From assembly GCA_019358935.1 (NCBI GenBank), contig JAHHIK010000024.1, positions 15,955 through 79,954 on the forward strand: a DNA stretch of 64,000 nt, in the 5' to 3' direction. Each line of letters starts with the position of its first letter. Position 1 is the stretch's first letter. The notes below the pieces were generated by a model. That model saw nothing but the letters and a program-made list of their open reading frames with translations. It was not told the DNA's origin and ran no database searches. Below, piece after piece: positions 37,576 through 48,019 of the stretch. A program made the translations under genes and the position numbers. The stretch is from Tolypothrix carrinoi HA7290-LM1 (GTDB lineage Bacteria; Cyanobacteriota; Cyanobacteriia; Cyanobacteriales; Nostocaceae).

Positions 37576-38565
37576 ATGAGTAATGGTTTTTATCCAGTGG
37601 TTCTTTACCCGATGTTAGTCAACAGTTTTTGTGCAGAAAATCCCTTACCAATTCAAGACTCAGGTGCTACACCAGAGCTTATTCCTCCTGTGCCGTCGCG
37701 ATCGCCTAAGCGTTTTGAACGAGCTTACATTTGGGTACTACAGGGTTGGCTGATTAGCGTGGGGGTGTTAGTGGTGACTCAGTGGTTGTTTGGGCTTTCA
37801 TTAGTTGCGTTTTCTTTAGCTTTGGGTTGCTCTGCAATTAGTGGAATAGCGATTTGGTATTACTTGCTCAAGTGCGATTGTAGGGCGAAAACACGGTATA
37901 AACAACGATTGTCCGAGTATGAAAATCGTTTGAAAATGGCGACGGGTACTCAAAAGAATTCTTTAGTGTTGCAAACTCGTCAGAAGAAGCTGAAAGCTTT
38001 GCTCAATGGTCTTATTCAATTGCCCTGTAATTCCAGTAATGCCCAGCAAGGGGTAAGCGAACAGCAGTTTTTTCGCTATTTACTTCGTTATTTTCCAACT
38101 GTTTGTCAGGGTATGGAATTTCAAATCCCTGACTCGTCTTTTCGTTACTCGGCTGATTTTATCCTTTACCACCAGCAATCCGGTTTAGGTGTAGACATTG
38201 AAGTTGACGAACCTTATGAGGGACGTACAGGAGAACCACATCATTGCATAGACCAAGGCAAGGACAGCCGTCGCAACCAATTTTTTATTGATAATAACTG
38301 GATTGTAATCCGATTTTCTGAAAAGCAAGTTGTGCAACATCCAGATTCTTGCTGTAAAGTAATTGCTAGTGCGATCGCTAAAATTATTGGTGATTATAGT
38401 TGTTTAGTTTCTCTTCAAGATGTTCCGGCTTTGCCTTTTGATAAGCAGTGGACAATTAAAGAGGCAAAACGGATGGCGAAAACTAATTATCGGCAGTCTT
38501 ACCTACCGAGGTTTTCGTTTTCAAAGCGTGTTCTTTCAGCACAAACGAAGCAGCCGAAAAAGTAG
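37576..38565 (+). CDS. Membrane-anchored DUF559/Vsr-like PD-(D/E)XK nuclease
   Basis: Two TMs, then YSADF..IEVDEPY..H..DSRRNQFF..WIVIRFSE. Confidence 0.75.
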   Translation: MSNGFYPVVLYPMLVNSFCAENPLPIQDSGATPELIPPVPSRSPKRFERAYIWVLQGWLISVGVLVVTQWLFGLSLVAFSLALGCSAISGIAIWYYLLKCDCRAKTRYKQRLSEYENRLKMATGTQKNSLVLQTRQKKLKALLNGLIQLPCNSSNAQQGVSEQQFFRYLLRYFPTVCQGMEFQIPDSSFRYSADFILYHQQSGLGVDIEVDEPYEGRTGEPHHCIDQGKDSRRNQFFIDNNWIVIRFSEKQVVQHPDSCCKVIASAIAKIIGDYSCLVSLQDVPALPFDKQWTIKEAKRMAKTNYRQSYLPRFSFSKRVLSAQTKQPKK

Positions 38566-38813
38566 GTGGTTAACCACCATCGCAGACACACCACAGTCTA
38601 TGAGACAAATAGCTGGTGCTATTGGATACGAGGAGTGGAGATATATTCCGATTTCCCCCGACTTATGCCATAAAATCTCAACACGTTAGATGTTACATAA
38701 ACAGGCAATAATAAAGCCAGAAGTATAATGATGCTGAAGCCAAACAGTCTCATACTTACTCACTTATGTTTCCAGTGACACGCGCAAAGGCAACCGCGTA
38801 CTGGGGTAATGAG

Positions 38814-38841
38814 AAAGGTATGGAAAATTTTCCATACCTTT
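38814..38841. repeat. Perfect 28-bp palindrome
   Basis: AAAGGTATGGAAAA-TTTTCCATACCTTT, between convergent genes. Confidence 0.7.
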
Positions 38842-38906
38842 AACCTGGAAAGCCAATTTGACCCACATCTTCCTTCAAGTATGTCAACTTTCAGACTCAG
38901 TAGACC

Positions 38907-40994
38907 TTAATTCAAAAGGCTTGCATTTATGTCCAAGTAGCCGCGACGAGCTAGTTCCGCTCTTATATGTGGGTGGTTTTTTAGCTCAGGGTCAATTGCA
39001 AGTATTGAGATTGCGGCAGTCCGTGCGATCGCCAGTATTTCCTCATCTTCTAACAGATTCGCCAAAACCAAATTTGACAGCCCAGATTGGCGAGTTCCCA
39101 ACAATTCACCTTCTCCACGCAGCCGCATATCCATTTCAGAAATAAAAAAGCCATCTTGCGACTGTTCCAGCACAGCGAGACGACTACGCGCTTCTGCTGT
39201 TTTACTGCCATTTATCAGTAGACAGTAGGATTGGTGGGAACCGCGACCGACGCGCCCCCGCAGTTGATGCAACTGGGATAAGCCAAAACGCTCGGCATTT
39301 TCAATCAGCATCACTGTCGCATTGGGAACATCCACTCCCACTTCAACAACCGTAGTAGAAACGAGAATTTGAGTTTGGTTGTCGCGGAAAGCTGCAAGCG
39401 CCTCATCCTTCTGGGCTGGAGTCATGCGTCCGTGCAGTAGACCCACTTTAAATTCGGGGAAGATTTTTTCCGATAGACGTTGATGCTCCTCAATAGCTGA
39501 ACGCACATTCAGCTTTTCTGATTCTTCAATTAGGGGCAACACAATATAGGCTTGATGTCCGAATGGCACTTCGCGGCGGATTAGGTCGTATGCACGAGTG
39601 CTTTTGGTCAAAACTTTGGTGCGGATTGGAGAACGTCCTGGTGGCAACTCATCAATTTGACTGACATCCAAATCCCCATGCAACGTCAGCGCCAGTGTTC
39701 GAGGAATCGGCGTTGCCGTCATTGTTAGCACATGGGGTTGTTTACCTTTTTGCTGCAACTGCATCCGCTGCTGTACGCCAAACCTGTGCTGCTCGTCAAT
39801 TACTACCAAACCCAGCTTATTGAAATTCACCTTGTCTTGAATCAGGGCATGAGTACCTACCAACAGCGGTAGTTCACCACTTTCAAGCTGGGCTTGTATG
39901 CATGAGCGTTTTGCAGTTTTCGTCGAACCCGTGAGCAGTTCGACGGGCAAGTGCATTTTGTTGAACCACGCATTTATCTTACGATAGTGCTGTTCTGCCA
40001 GCACCTCAGTGGGAGCCATCAGCGCCGCCTGGTAGCCAGATTGAATGACGGTGAGTATTGCAACTACTGCTACTACAGTTTTACCTGCACCCACATCCCC
40101 CTGCACCAATCGGTTCATCGGCGTGGGCGATTGCAAGTCATTGAGAATATCGTTGATGACTCGCTGTTGTGCTACTGTCAGATCGAAGGGCAATTGCGAA
40201 TAAAATTGTTTAATTAGCGAACCAGTAGGAGCGATTTTCGAGATGGATGCTCGTGCTTTGAAAAGGTGGCGGCGTTGAAGTAGCGACAGTTGGAGGTAGA
40301 AAAATTCATCAAAGACTAATCGGCGACGCGCAGCTGCCAGGGTTTTGCTGTTAGGGGGAAAGTGGATGTTAGCGATCGCCTTTTTTAACCTAATCAATCC
40401 ATATTGCTGACGCACATACGCAGGCAAGGGGTCTTTTAGTTGATTAATAACAGTTAAAGCAGTCTGGATGGCATTTTGAATTAGCTCCAACGTCACCCCT
40501 TTAGTTAAAGCGTAAATGGGGATAATTGAAGAAGACTTAGCTTTGATGTCTGCTAACTCGATTACACTGAGTTCTGGATTATTTAAGGTTTTGCCCAAGT
40601 ACGAGTCATCTTTAACTATTCCAAATACAGCAACGAGTCGAGTAGTGGAGTAAAGTTTTGATTGCTCACAACGCCATCGTTGCGATTGGTAATAAGGATG
40701 GTTATAAAAACGTTTACAAGTAATAGAACCTGTTTTGTCTTTGATTGTCCAAGTTTGGATTGTTAATTTTGGGTTTTTGGCAGGGCTGATGATTTCATGT
40801 TTTTTGATTATACCGATGATTGTAACGTTGTCACCTACTTTTAAATTGGCAATTCTGACTCTGCGGTATTTTATATAGTCGCGGGGGTAGTAAAATAGTA
40901 GGTCTAGGATAGTATAAATTCCCAGGTTTTTAAGAAGTTTGCTGTTAGTTGGACTGATACCTGGTAAATTATGCAGGGGCTGGAATAAACTCAT
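38907..40994 (-). CDS. recG: ATP-dependent DNA helicase RecG
   Basis: LLFYYPRDY, QGDVGAGKT, DEQHRFG, MTATPIPRT, HQLRGRVGRG. Confidence 0.95.
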   Translation of the reverse strand: MSLFQPLHNLPGISPTNSKLLKNLGIYTILDLLFYYPRDYIKYRRVRIANLKVGDNVTIIGIIKKHEIISPAKNPKLTIQTWTIKDKTGSITCKRFYNHPYYQSQRWRCEQSKLYSTTRLVAVFGIVKDDSYLGKTLNNPELSVIELADIKAKSSSIIPIYALTKGVTLELIQNAIQTALTVINQLKDPLPAYVRQQYGLIRLKKAIANIHFPPNSKTLAAARRRLVFDEFFYLQLSLLQRRHLFKARASISKIAPTGSLIKQFYSQLPFDLTVAQQRVINDILNDLQSPTPMNRLVQGDVGAGKTVVAVVAILTVIQSGYQAALMAPTEVLAEQHYRKINAWFNKMHLPVELLTGSTKTAKRSCIQAQLESGELPLLVGTHALIQDKVNFNKLGLVVIDEQHRFGVQQRMQLQQKGKQPHVLTMTATPIPRTLALTLHGDLDVSQIDELPPGRSPIRTKVLTKSTRAYDLIRREVPFGHQAYIVLPLIEESEKLNVRSAIEEHQRLSEKIFPEFKVGLLHGRMTPAQKDEALAAFRDNQTQILVSTTVVEVGVDVPNATVMLIENAERFGLSQLHQLRGRVGRGSHQSYCLLINGSKTAEARSRLAVLEQSQDGFFISEMDMRLRGEGELLGTRQSGLSNLVLANLLEDEEILAIARTAAISILAIDPELKNHPHIRAELARRGYLDINASLLN

Positions 40995-41285
40995 GGTATT
41001 TGCAGAAATAGTAACGTGCGCGTTCCTCGTGATGTGGCACGAGTTTTGCTGCGTTTTAGCTGCGGTAGCAGTGTTTATAGTAAAAAGAAACCCCCGGTAT
41101 CACCAGGGGTAAAATTGTTGTTCCTACATAGATAAATCGTCAAAATGTGACTTACTTTTCGACTTTTCTAATGTTTAATTGTCCGATTTTGTTTTGAATA
41201 AATCGATTAAATGTCCGATTTATTTTGTAGAATGGTATTAGGATATTCGTTCCAAGCCGCTACGCAATGGCAGGGAGTGCCCGCA

Positions 41286-42584
41286 TTAAGGCGATCGCCA
41301 CCAATTGATGCTTCTAACAATTGAAGCTGCGTCTCGCGTAGGATAAGCGGGTTTGCTGTTGGCACTTTGCCAAATTGATAAAGCTTCTTCTGCGTCCAAG
41401 GGAGGGTTACAGCGTTTGCAGTATTGGCGGAATAGGCTTTGTGATGTCGGGTAGTAAGCTATGCCTTGCTCTTCCAAGATGGCAGATGTACCCAGTAAAT
41501 TTCGTGCTAATTTATAGCCTGAGTTGTTGCGATTTCCTTGTGAGTCTCCTTGTTTTATTAGAGTTTGGTCACTTTGGGTTAAACATATAGACAATGGAAT
41601 GCCTTGGGCGCTACCGCGCAGCTGTTTTAGAGGTAAAGTGCTGTTTTGGCGGTAGAGTGGCTGCATTGTCCTACGCTTGCTGTGTAAAAGCAAACGCTTA
41701 TTCGGGATGCCTTGCTGCAACTCTTTTACCAACAGTACGCAGCTTGGGTTTACGTCTTCTCCGTTGTGTTTTTTTCGGAGGAGATAAACCCATTTTCTCC
41801 ATCGTTCATCTGATAATCCATAGGGGAATAAGCCAGTTGAATCAAATGCACTCTCTAGCTGCTCTGGACTGTACTGGCAATTAGACCACTGCTCAACAGT
41901 GATTGGGATTGGTTTACTTAAGCACCCATCAACAACTCGCCGCCGAAATAATCCTGGTAGCCGCATCGCACGAGCTAAGTTGCAGATAGCTGGATCTGAG
42001 GTTTGGGTTATAGCCAGTTTGCGATTGAGTACTAACCATTGTTCAGGAGTTAAAGCAGTTTTGGCGCGGAAATAGCAATGCAGCGATTTCCCTCCAGTGA
42101 ATACAACAGCAGCAGGCTCTAACTTTGTTTTCTGTTTGAGTTGTTGCAGTGCGATCCACTGATTCTCTAATGGCAGATCGTCAATTTCATAGAAGATTGT
42201 TTGGCAGCTTTTAACGTGGTTGTTGCTGATGCCACGGGTTGGTTGATTCGGGTAAAAACTAATTGTTGCACCGATACGAGACAGTTTAAAGACATGAGCA
42301 AAGCCGTCTGTGTGTTTTTTAGTTGACTGCTTCCAAATCGTATTGCCGCATTTGTCGCGTCCTCCATATGTGCATTTGGTTAGGCTAAAGCCTTTGCGAG
42401 TAATCTTACCGCAAAAAATATATTGACAATAAACGGTTTTGTTACTTATGCGGTATCTTCTCCAACTACTAGGGGCTGGTTCTGTTTTGTGATCCCAAGA
42501 GGCTCTGATCCAAATTTGGGTTCCTATGGCAAAGCCTATGGTTTTGAGAAAACGGATGGCTGTTTTTCTTGGCTGATTGCTCAT
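41286..42584 (-). CDS. AEP-type (RepB-like) primase with PriCT-like C-terminus
   Basis: FYEIDD, FTGGKSLHCYF, SDP..RAMRLPG; GNRNN..CNPPLDAEEA.SIWQSA. Confidence 0.75.
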   Translation of the reverse strand: MSNQPRKTAIRFLKTIGFAIGTQIWIRASWDHKTEPAPSSWRRYRISNKTVYCQYIFCGKITRKGFSLTKCTYGGRDKCGNTIWKQSTKKHTDGFAHVFKLSRIGATISFYPNQPTRGISNNHVKSCQTIFYEIDDLPLENQWIALQQLKQKTKLEPAAVVFTGGKSLHCYFRAKTALTPEQWLVLNRKLAITQTSDPAICNLARAMRLPGLFRRRVVDGCLSKPIPITVEQWSNCQYSPEQLESAFDSTGLFPYGLSDERWRKWVYLLRKKHNGEDVNPSCVLLVKELQQGIPNKRLLLHSKRRTMQPLYRQNSTLPLKQLRGSAQGIPLSICLTQSDQTLIKQGDSQGNRNNSGYKLARNLLGTSAILEEQGIAYYPTSQSLFRQYCKRCNPPLDAEEALSIWQSANSKPAYPTRDAASIVRSINWWRSP

Positions 42585-43180
42585 TGTATACGTGCAGCGG
42601 TTATAGCTTTGTTTTCCAAGAGCGTCGGATTTTATGTACGCTCTGCATGGAACGCAGCAGCGATCGCTGCACGGGAATGCCGCTTTTTATCCGAGGCATG
42701 GCGCTCTTGGCATTGAGCCAAAATTATTGTAAGATTATGTAATTGAGTCTGGAAATTATTGTTAAATTTAGCTCGCAACCATTTTTCATCAATTAACGCT
42801 ACACGATAAAGTCTAAATATACGGTTGACAGTGGATGGCATTAAGCAAATATATGTGTGTTGATTGGCAATTAGAGATGAGAAGTTTTGCTAAATCTGTC
42901 TTCCAATAATTTTTCATCCAAGTACCACTTAAATCAAAATTTATCTATCTGTAGCTAAATCGTTAATTAGTTAAGTAGAAACTAAAAAATAAATTTCGGT
43001 TAAGCAGGAAACACTCAACAGGTAAGCAATAAAGATGGCAGTATCGCGCACCCGTGTTGCCCAGTGTTGGCTCTAACTGTATACATCCGTAACCACTGTA
43101 TACAGGTGGCATTACACGAAATGGCTCATTTGACTACACTTTAATACTAGGAAGGATGTTCATTCCTAAGGTCTCCCGTT

Positions 43181-46100
43181 TCAAGAGTTACCGTCGAGAA
43201 TTAAACGGCGATCGCTCTCACTGACATCGGGGTTATTCTGGAGATAGTCACGCACCCAATCGCAGCCCCGCTGCATTAGTTCATCCAGTGATTCAATCTG
43301 CAACAGCTTGGTATTTCCACGATATCCGACGGTAGCCAGTAGCCGACCATCTGGGCTAAAACTAATACTCTTGACAAAACCTTGATCCACTCTCCATCTT
43401 GCTAATGGCTGACCTTTTAAGTCCCATAAGCGGACAGTGCGATCCGCTCCTGCGGTAGCGAGTAGCTGACTATCTGGACTAAATTTGAGTTTCATGATTG
43501 ATTTTTGCGTTGCCTGCCATGTTGACAACTGCTCTGTCAATGGCTGATCCTGCAACTTCCAAAGGCGGACAATGCCATCGTTTCCCGCAGTAGCGAGTAG
43601 CTGATTATTTGGGCTAAAACCGAAGCTACTAATTCCACCTCGATGCGCTACGGGTGTATCTGCCACATGCTGACCTTGCCAGTCCCACAAGTAAACATAG
43701 TCGTGATATTCTATGGTGGCCAATCGCTGACCATCCGGACTAAAATTGTCGCTAGTAATATAACTTTTGTTGTTTGTTATAATATCGCTTCGCTTTTGAG
43801 GAAATTCTATCGGCGGCTGATCCGTCATCAAGTTCCACAAGCGGACTGTACCGTCTTCTTCTACGGTAGCCAATTGCTGACCATTCCGAATAAAACTGAC
43901 AATAGTGATCTTGCGGTCATTCCCTGGCAATTCCTTTAACAGCTGACCCTGCAAATTCCATAAGCGAGCTATACCGTCATCTCCTGCGGTAACAAATTGC
44001 TGACCATCTTGACTAAAACTGACACTGATGATCTTGCGGTCATTCCCTTTCAATTGTGTCAACGGCTGACCCTGCAAGTTCCATAAGCTGACTGTGCCAT
44101 TCTCTCCAACAGTAGTCAATCGCTGATTATCCGAATTAAAACTGACGCTTTTGATTACCTCTTGATCTCCTTTCAATTGTGTCAACAGCTGACCCTGCAA
44201 GTCCCACAAGTACGCTGTGTCGCTAATTCCTGCAACAGCCAGCATCCGACCATCCGGACTAAAACTAACACTCTTAAGCTCGTTTTGACTTGCTTTCAAT
44301 TCTTCCAACTTTTGACCCTGTAAGTTCCAGAAGACAATTGTACCGTTCCCTCCATAGGTAGCCAGCATCTGACCATCCGGACTAAAATTGACAGTAGAGT
44401 ATTGGATTTTAGGGTCATTCTCTTCTAATTCCATGACCGTCTGCTCCTGCAAGTTCCACAAGCGGGCTATACCGTCATCTCCTGCGGTAGCGAATCGCTG
44501 ACCATCCGGGCTAAAACTGACGGATCTGAGGTAGTCGTCAGACGCTTTCCATTCCCGTCCTTCTAACGTCTGTACGTCCCATAAGCGGACATAGCCATCA
44601 AATCCTACGGTAGCTAGTTGGTGACCATCCGGGCTAAAACAGATATTCCATATCCAACCCTTATCGGTAGCTCGCCATTCTTTCAACTTCTGACCCTGTA
44701 AGTCCCACAAGCGGACAATACCAGTACCTCCTGCGGTAGCGAGTTGCTGACCATCCGGGCTAAAACTGACGCGAGCAAGCCAAAATTGATCCGCGTTCCA
44801 TTCTTTCAACTTTTGACCCTGCAAGTTCCATAAGCGGACAGTAACGTCATCTCCTGTGGTAGCCAATAGTTGACGATCTGGGCTAAAACTTAACAAGTTT
44901 GTACGTGGCTCAGTCTTCCATTCTTCCAACTTTTGACCCTGCAAGTTCCACAAGCGGATAGTACCGTCATCTCCTGCGGTAGCTAATAGTTGACCATCTG
45001 GGCTAAAACTTACCATAACGCTGCTGGCATTGTCTCCCCCTTTAAGACGGTTGCGTTCTTGTACTCTACTAAGAGTTTGCTGAAGAAGTGTTTGAATGCG
45101 AACATGGAGATTCTTCTCTAACCACGGCGATTCTTTGAGTTGTTGGATTTGTCTGCCCGCCTTCAAAGCATATACCAACGCTCCAAGTTGATCGTCTCCA
45201 AAACTAGCTTGAGCTAAAGCTGACAAGGCAGTAAAGGCAGTATGAATCTGTGTTTTAGTGTCAACTTGCCTTTTTTCTTCTAGTTGTTGGCAGGCATGAA
45301 CATATTCCCTAGCCAGCGTGTCCAGACAAACCGTATTTTTGCTGTATGATAATTCTACTGCATCTTCCAAACGGCTTCCCTGAAGCAGTAAAAGCTCTTC
45401 TTTCTTCTCCTTCTCTGCCTTTTCCCACTCCCGTGCTTCGTTTTCAATTCGTTGCCGCAAAAAGAGGCTGGTAAGGTCTTTATCCAGCCAAGAACGCAAT
45501 GTTGGCCAATAGCGGATTAACGCTTCATGGGCAACTTCTACTTCTTCTTTTTTTGTTGATTCGTTTTGGCTGGTGATTACCAATCGCTCATTTGCTAAAA
45601 GCGTCACCAGCTTCTTGATAACAGCTGAATCTCCATTGGCTGGCACCAATTGTTTTAGCTCAACTCGTCGCCGTGTATCCCGTCGTTGTTCTCCTTGGAT
45701 AGAATTTTCATCTAAATGGGTTAGCCTGACAAAGATATTCCTGACTTGTTCTTTTTCCTCAGATGATAATTTATTGTAGACCTCATCAGCGGTATGAGCG
45801 ATCGCTCCTTGTACTCCACCAATCTCTCGATACTCCTCCGACAGTAACCACTTTCCGTGTCGTCGATTCCACAACTCCAATAATGTGTGTTGCAACAGTG
45901 GCATTGCCCCCGGTTCTCCCTCCAAGTGTTCCAAAATTTTATTCAGCAAATCGACTTCAAACCGCAAGCCAACCTTTCCTGCTTGTTCGTGAATCGCATT
46001 ACGCAACTCAGCAGTATTCATCGGGGCAATTAGTTTCTGCTGTTTCTCCATCAAGTCTTTCAATTCGGGGTACGGCGCACATTCACCCCAAAAGTCAGCA

Positions 46101-47917
46101 CGCATGGTAAGAATCACTTGCTGATTCTTAGCTAACTTAAGCAGTTCGTCGATAAAATTTTGGCGCTTGTATTCATCGTTGCAAAGGGTAAAAATTTCTT
46201 CAAACTGATCCACCACTAATATATAAGGATGGTTTTGTACCTTGGCTAAACTTGCTTTCAGTTGCGCCAGTGGGGCAACTTTTGGAGTCATGTAAGCCAT
46301 CTTAAGTTTTGGTTCTTTTTTCTTTAGTGCAGGGAACAAACCCGCCATTATCAAAGATGATTTACCGGAACCGGAAGGACCTAAAACTGGTAAAAATTTA
46401 TCTTCGCTGAGTTTTTGTTGCAATTCCTCAATTAATTTTTCCCGTCCGCAGAAAAATTCGCGCTTTTCATAGTGGAAGGGATACAAACCTTGAAATGGAC
46501 AACGAGCATCGTAGCTGGGGACTTCCTTACCTAAAGCTAGATTTTCAAAGCTAAGGTCAAGCGCTTCTGAACATATTCGTTTTACTTCTACCAAAGCTTT
46601 GTCTTTTTCTTCAATTGCTTTATCGCTGTCCGCGTTTAATGTTCTTTGGAGGGTTGCAATATGTTGTTTTAACTTCTCAGCCAAAACAGGCGCACTTTCT
46701 GGTAACAATTTTTGCAAGCGTTCTAGACCAAACTCGATTTCGTTTTTAGTCAAAGGACGATCCAAAGTGTCGCTAAACAGGGGTTTTCCACCCAAGCGGC
46801 TAAACAAAGCTGGAACTGTAATATCATATCTACCTTGTAGCCCAGCTGTTGCTTCAACTAACGCCAAGTCTACATACCCGTGCTGCCTCAGTTGCTTGTA
46901 AAAAGTTGCAGCTAGTGCCTTAACCGTATTTATACTTATTGCGTCAGTCATAGCAACTACCGCAGGCATACCTAGGTCCCGGACAAGACCTTGTGCCAGT
47001 CCCCCTATCGCTTTTACTTCTCCTATCTGGGCTTCGTTTGCTTCATCGACTTTTGTTACCTCAGCCTCAGCACTTGCACTTTCACAAGTTGATAAAAAAG
47101 CAAAATGGGGTAGACGACGCAATAGCTTTAATTCTTTGATTAAGTCAGTTGCTTTGACTGGTGCAACCTCATTTTTTTCATTTGCCAAATAAATTGCTGT
47201 TTCCCCATCATTAAGTACTCGACCATGACAGACTAAGTGCAGCAGAGTATAGTTATTCTCAGTAAGAAATTTTTTCAAGTTGTCATTAGTCGGTAAACCT
47301 GCTGCACCATCAACAGTTGCAAGTACATCACAGGGAATATCGCTGAGAGAAGCCTTAATACTAGATACCGTTGCTTGAACATCAAACGGTGCCAGGTGAT
47401 ACGTAACCGAATTTTCAGGACTAGCAGCCACAACCAAAGCCTTTAAATCACGCCGTCCAAATCTAGGAAATTTATCGTCCGTTATTGGCGAGGGAATATA
47501 GAAAGAAAGGGGGGTTTGTTGGTTGAGTAATAAATAGTCCCAGTCGTCATCATCCCCAGGAGCGTGGAGTTTTTCCCATCGTAATTGTCTTAGTTCTTCG
47601 TCTTCAATATCTAATAGAATATGCAGACAATTTAGATTGTCATCACTATCGGAAGTCTTATTCGTCGAGAAGAAACTCCGAGCTTGAATGAGAGCTTTAT
47701 GAGCGTTACCGTCAAATAAAGCTTTACCCAACATTTCACCATAGTCTTGTGGTTTCCATAATAACTCTCTGAACTTATTAAAAATATCGTCGTTATTGGG
47801 TTTGAAGTTTAAAGTGCTATTTTTATGAATTTTTAGCCCTGTTCTACTAATATATTCGATAGTCACAGGCCAACTATTTTTATCTTTGGGTCTAATAGTA
47901 ATTTCAAAAATACTCAT
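43181..47917 (-). CDS. CHAT protease - nSTAND1 NTPase - WD40 repeat protein
   Basis: CHAT dyad HLVCHG and LSTCES; CPFQGL, GPSGSGKSS, VDQFEEIF, PLLQHTL, AHEAL; about 14 SFSPDG WD40 repeats. Confidence 0.92.
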   Translation of the reverse strand: MSIFEITIRPKDKNSWPVTIEYISRTGLKIHKNSTLNFKPNNDDIFNKFRELLWKPQDYGEMLGKALFDGNAHKALIQARSFFSTNKTSDSDDNLNCLHILLDIEDEELRQLRWEKLHAPGDDDDWDYLLLNQQTPLSFYIPSPITDDKFPRFGRRDLKALVVAASPENSVTYHLAPFDVQATVSSIKASLSDIPCDVLATVDGAAGLPTNDNLKKFLTENNYTLLHLVCHGRVLNDGETAIYLANEKNEVAPVKATDLIKELKLLRRLPHFAFLSTCESASAEAEVTKVDEANEAQIGEVKAIGGLAQGLVRDLGMPAVVAMTDAISINTVKALAATFYKQLRQHGYVDLALVEATAGLQGRYDITVPALFSRLGGKPLFSDTLDRPLTKNEIEFGLERLQKLLPESAPVLAEKLKQHIATLQRTLNADSDKAIEEKDKALVEVKRICSEALDLSFENLALGKEVPSYDARCPFQGLYPFHYEKREFFCGREKLIEELQQKLSEDKFLPVLGPSGSGKSSLIMAGLFPALKKKEPKLKMAYMTPKVAPLAQLKASLAKVQNHPYILVVDQFEEIFTLCNDEYKRQNFIDELLKLAKNQQVILTMRADFWGECAPYPELKDLMEKQQKLIAPMNTAELRNAIHEQAGKVGLRFEVDLLNKILEHLEGEPGAMPLLQHTLLELWNRRHGKWLLSEEYREIGGVQGAIAHTADEVYNKLSSEEKEQVRNIFVRLTHLDENSIQGEQRRDTRRRVELKQLVPANGDSAVIKKLVTLLANERLVITSQNESTKKEEVEVAHEALIRYWPTLRSWLDKDLTSLFLRQRIENEAREWEKAEKEKKEELLLLQGSRLEDAVELSYSKNTVCLDTLAREYVHACQQLEEKRQVDTKTQIHTAFTALSALAQASFGDDQLGALVYALKAGRQIQQLKESPWLEKNLHVRIQTLLQQTLSRVQERNRLKGGDNASSVMVSFSPDGQLLATAGDDGTIRLWNLQGQKLEEWKTEPRTNLLSFSPDRQLLATTGDDVTVRLWNLQGQKLKEWNADQFWLARVSFSPDGQQLATAGGTGIVRLWDLQGQKLKEWRATDKGWIWNICFSPDGHQLATVGFDGYVRLWDVQTLEGREWKASDDYLRSVSFSPDGQRFATAGDDGIARLWNLQEQTVMELEENDPKIQYSTVNFSPDGQMLATYGGNGTIVFWNLQGQKLEELKASQNELKSVSFSPDGRMLAVAGISDTAYLWDLQGQLLTQLKGDQEVIKSVSFNSDNQRLTTVGENGTVSLWNLQGQPLTQLKGNDRKIISVSFSQDGQQFVTAGDDGIARLWNLQGQLLKELPGNDRKITIVSFIRNGQQLATVEEDGTVRLWNLMTDQPPIEFPQKRSDIITNNKSYITSDNFSPDGQRLATIEYHDYVYLWDWQGQHVADTPVAHRGGISSFGFSPNNQLLATAGNDGIVRLWKLQDQPLTEQLSTWQATQKSIMKLKFSPDSQLLATAGADRTVRLWDLKGQPLARWRVDQGFVKSISFSPDGRLLATVGYRGNTKLLQIESLDELMQRGCDWVRDYLQNNPDVSESDRRLILDGNS

Positions 47918-48019
47918 AGCTGAGATTGTCCTTTTGAGATTAGTTGTATTTTCACCCCTCTGAGTGTCAGAGAAAGGTAGGGTAAAGGTTACAAAAAATC
48001 GCGTTATATTACATTAACT

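Noticed and set aside
42632..42841. 69-aa ORF upstream of the primase
   Set aside because: No recognisable motif or RBS; it may just be leader sequence.
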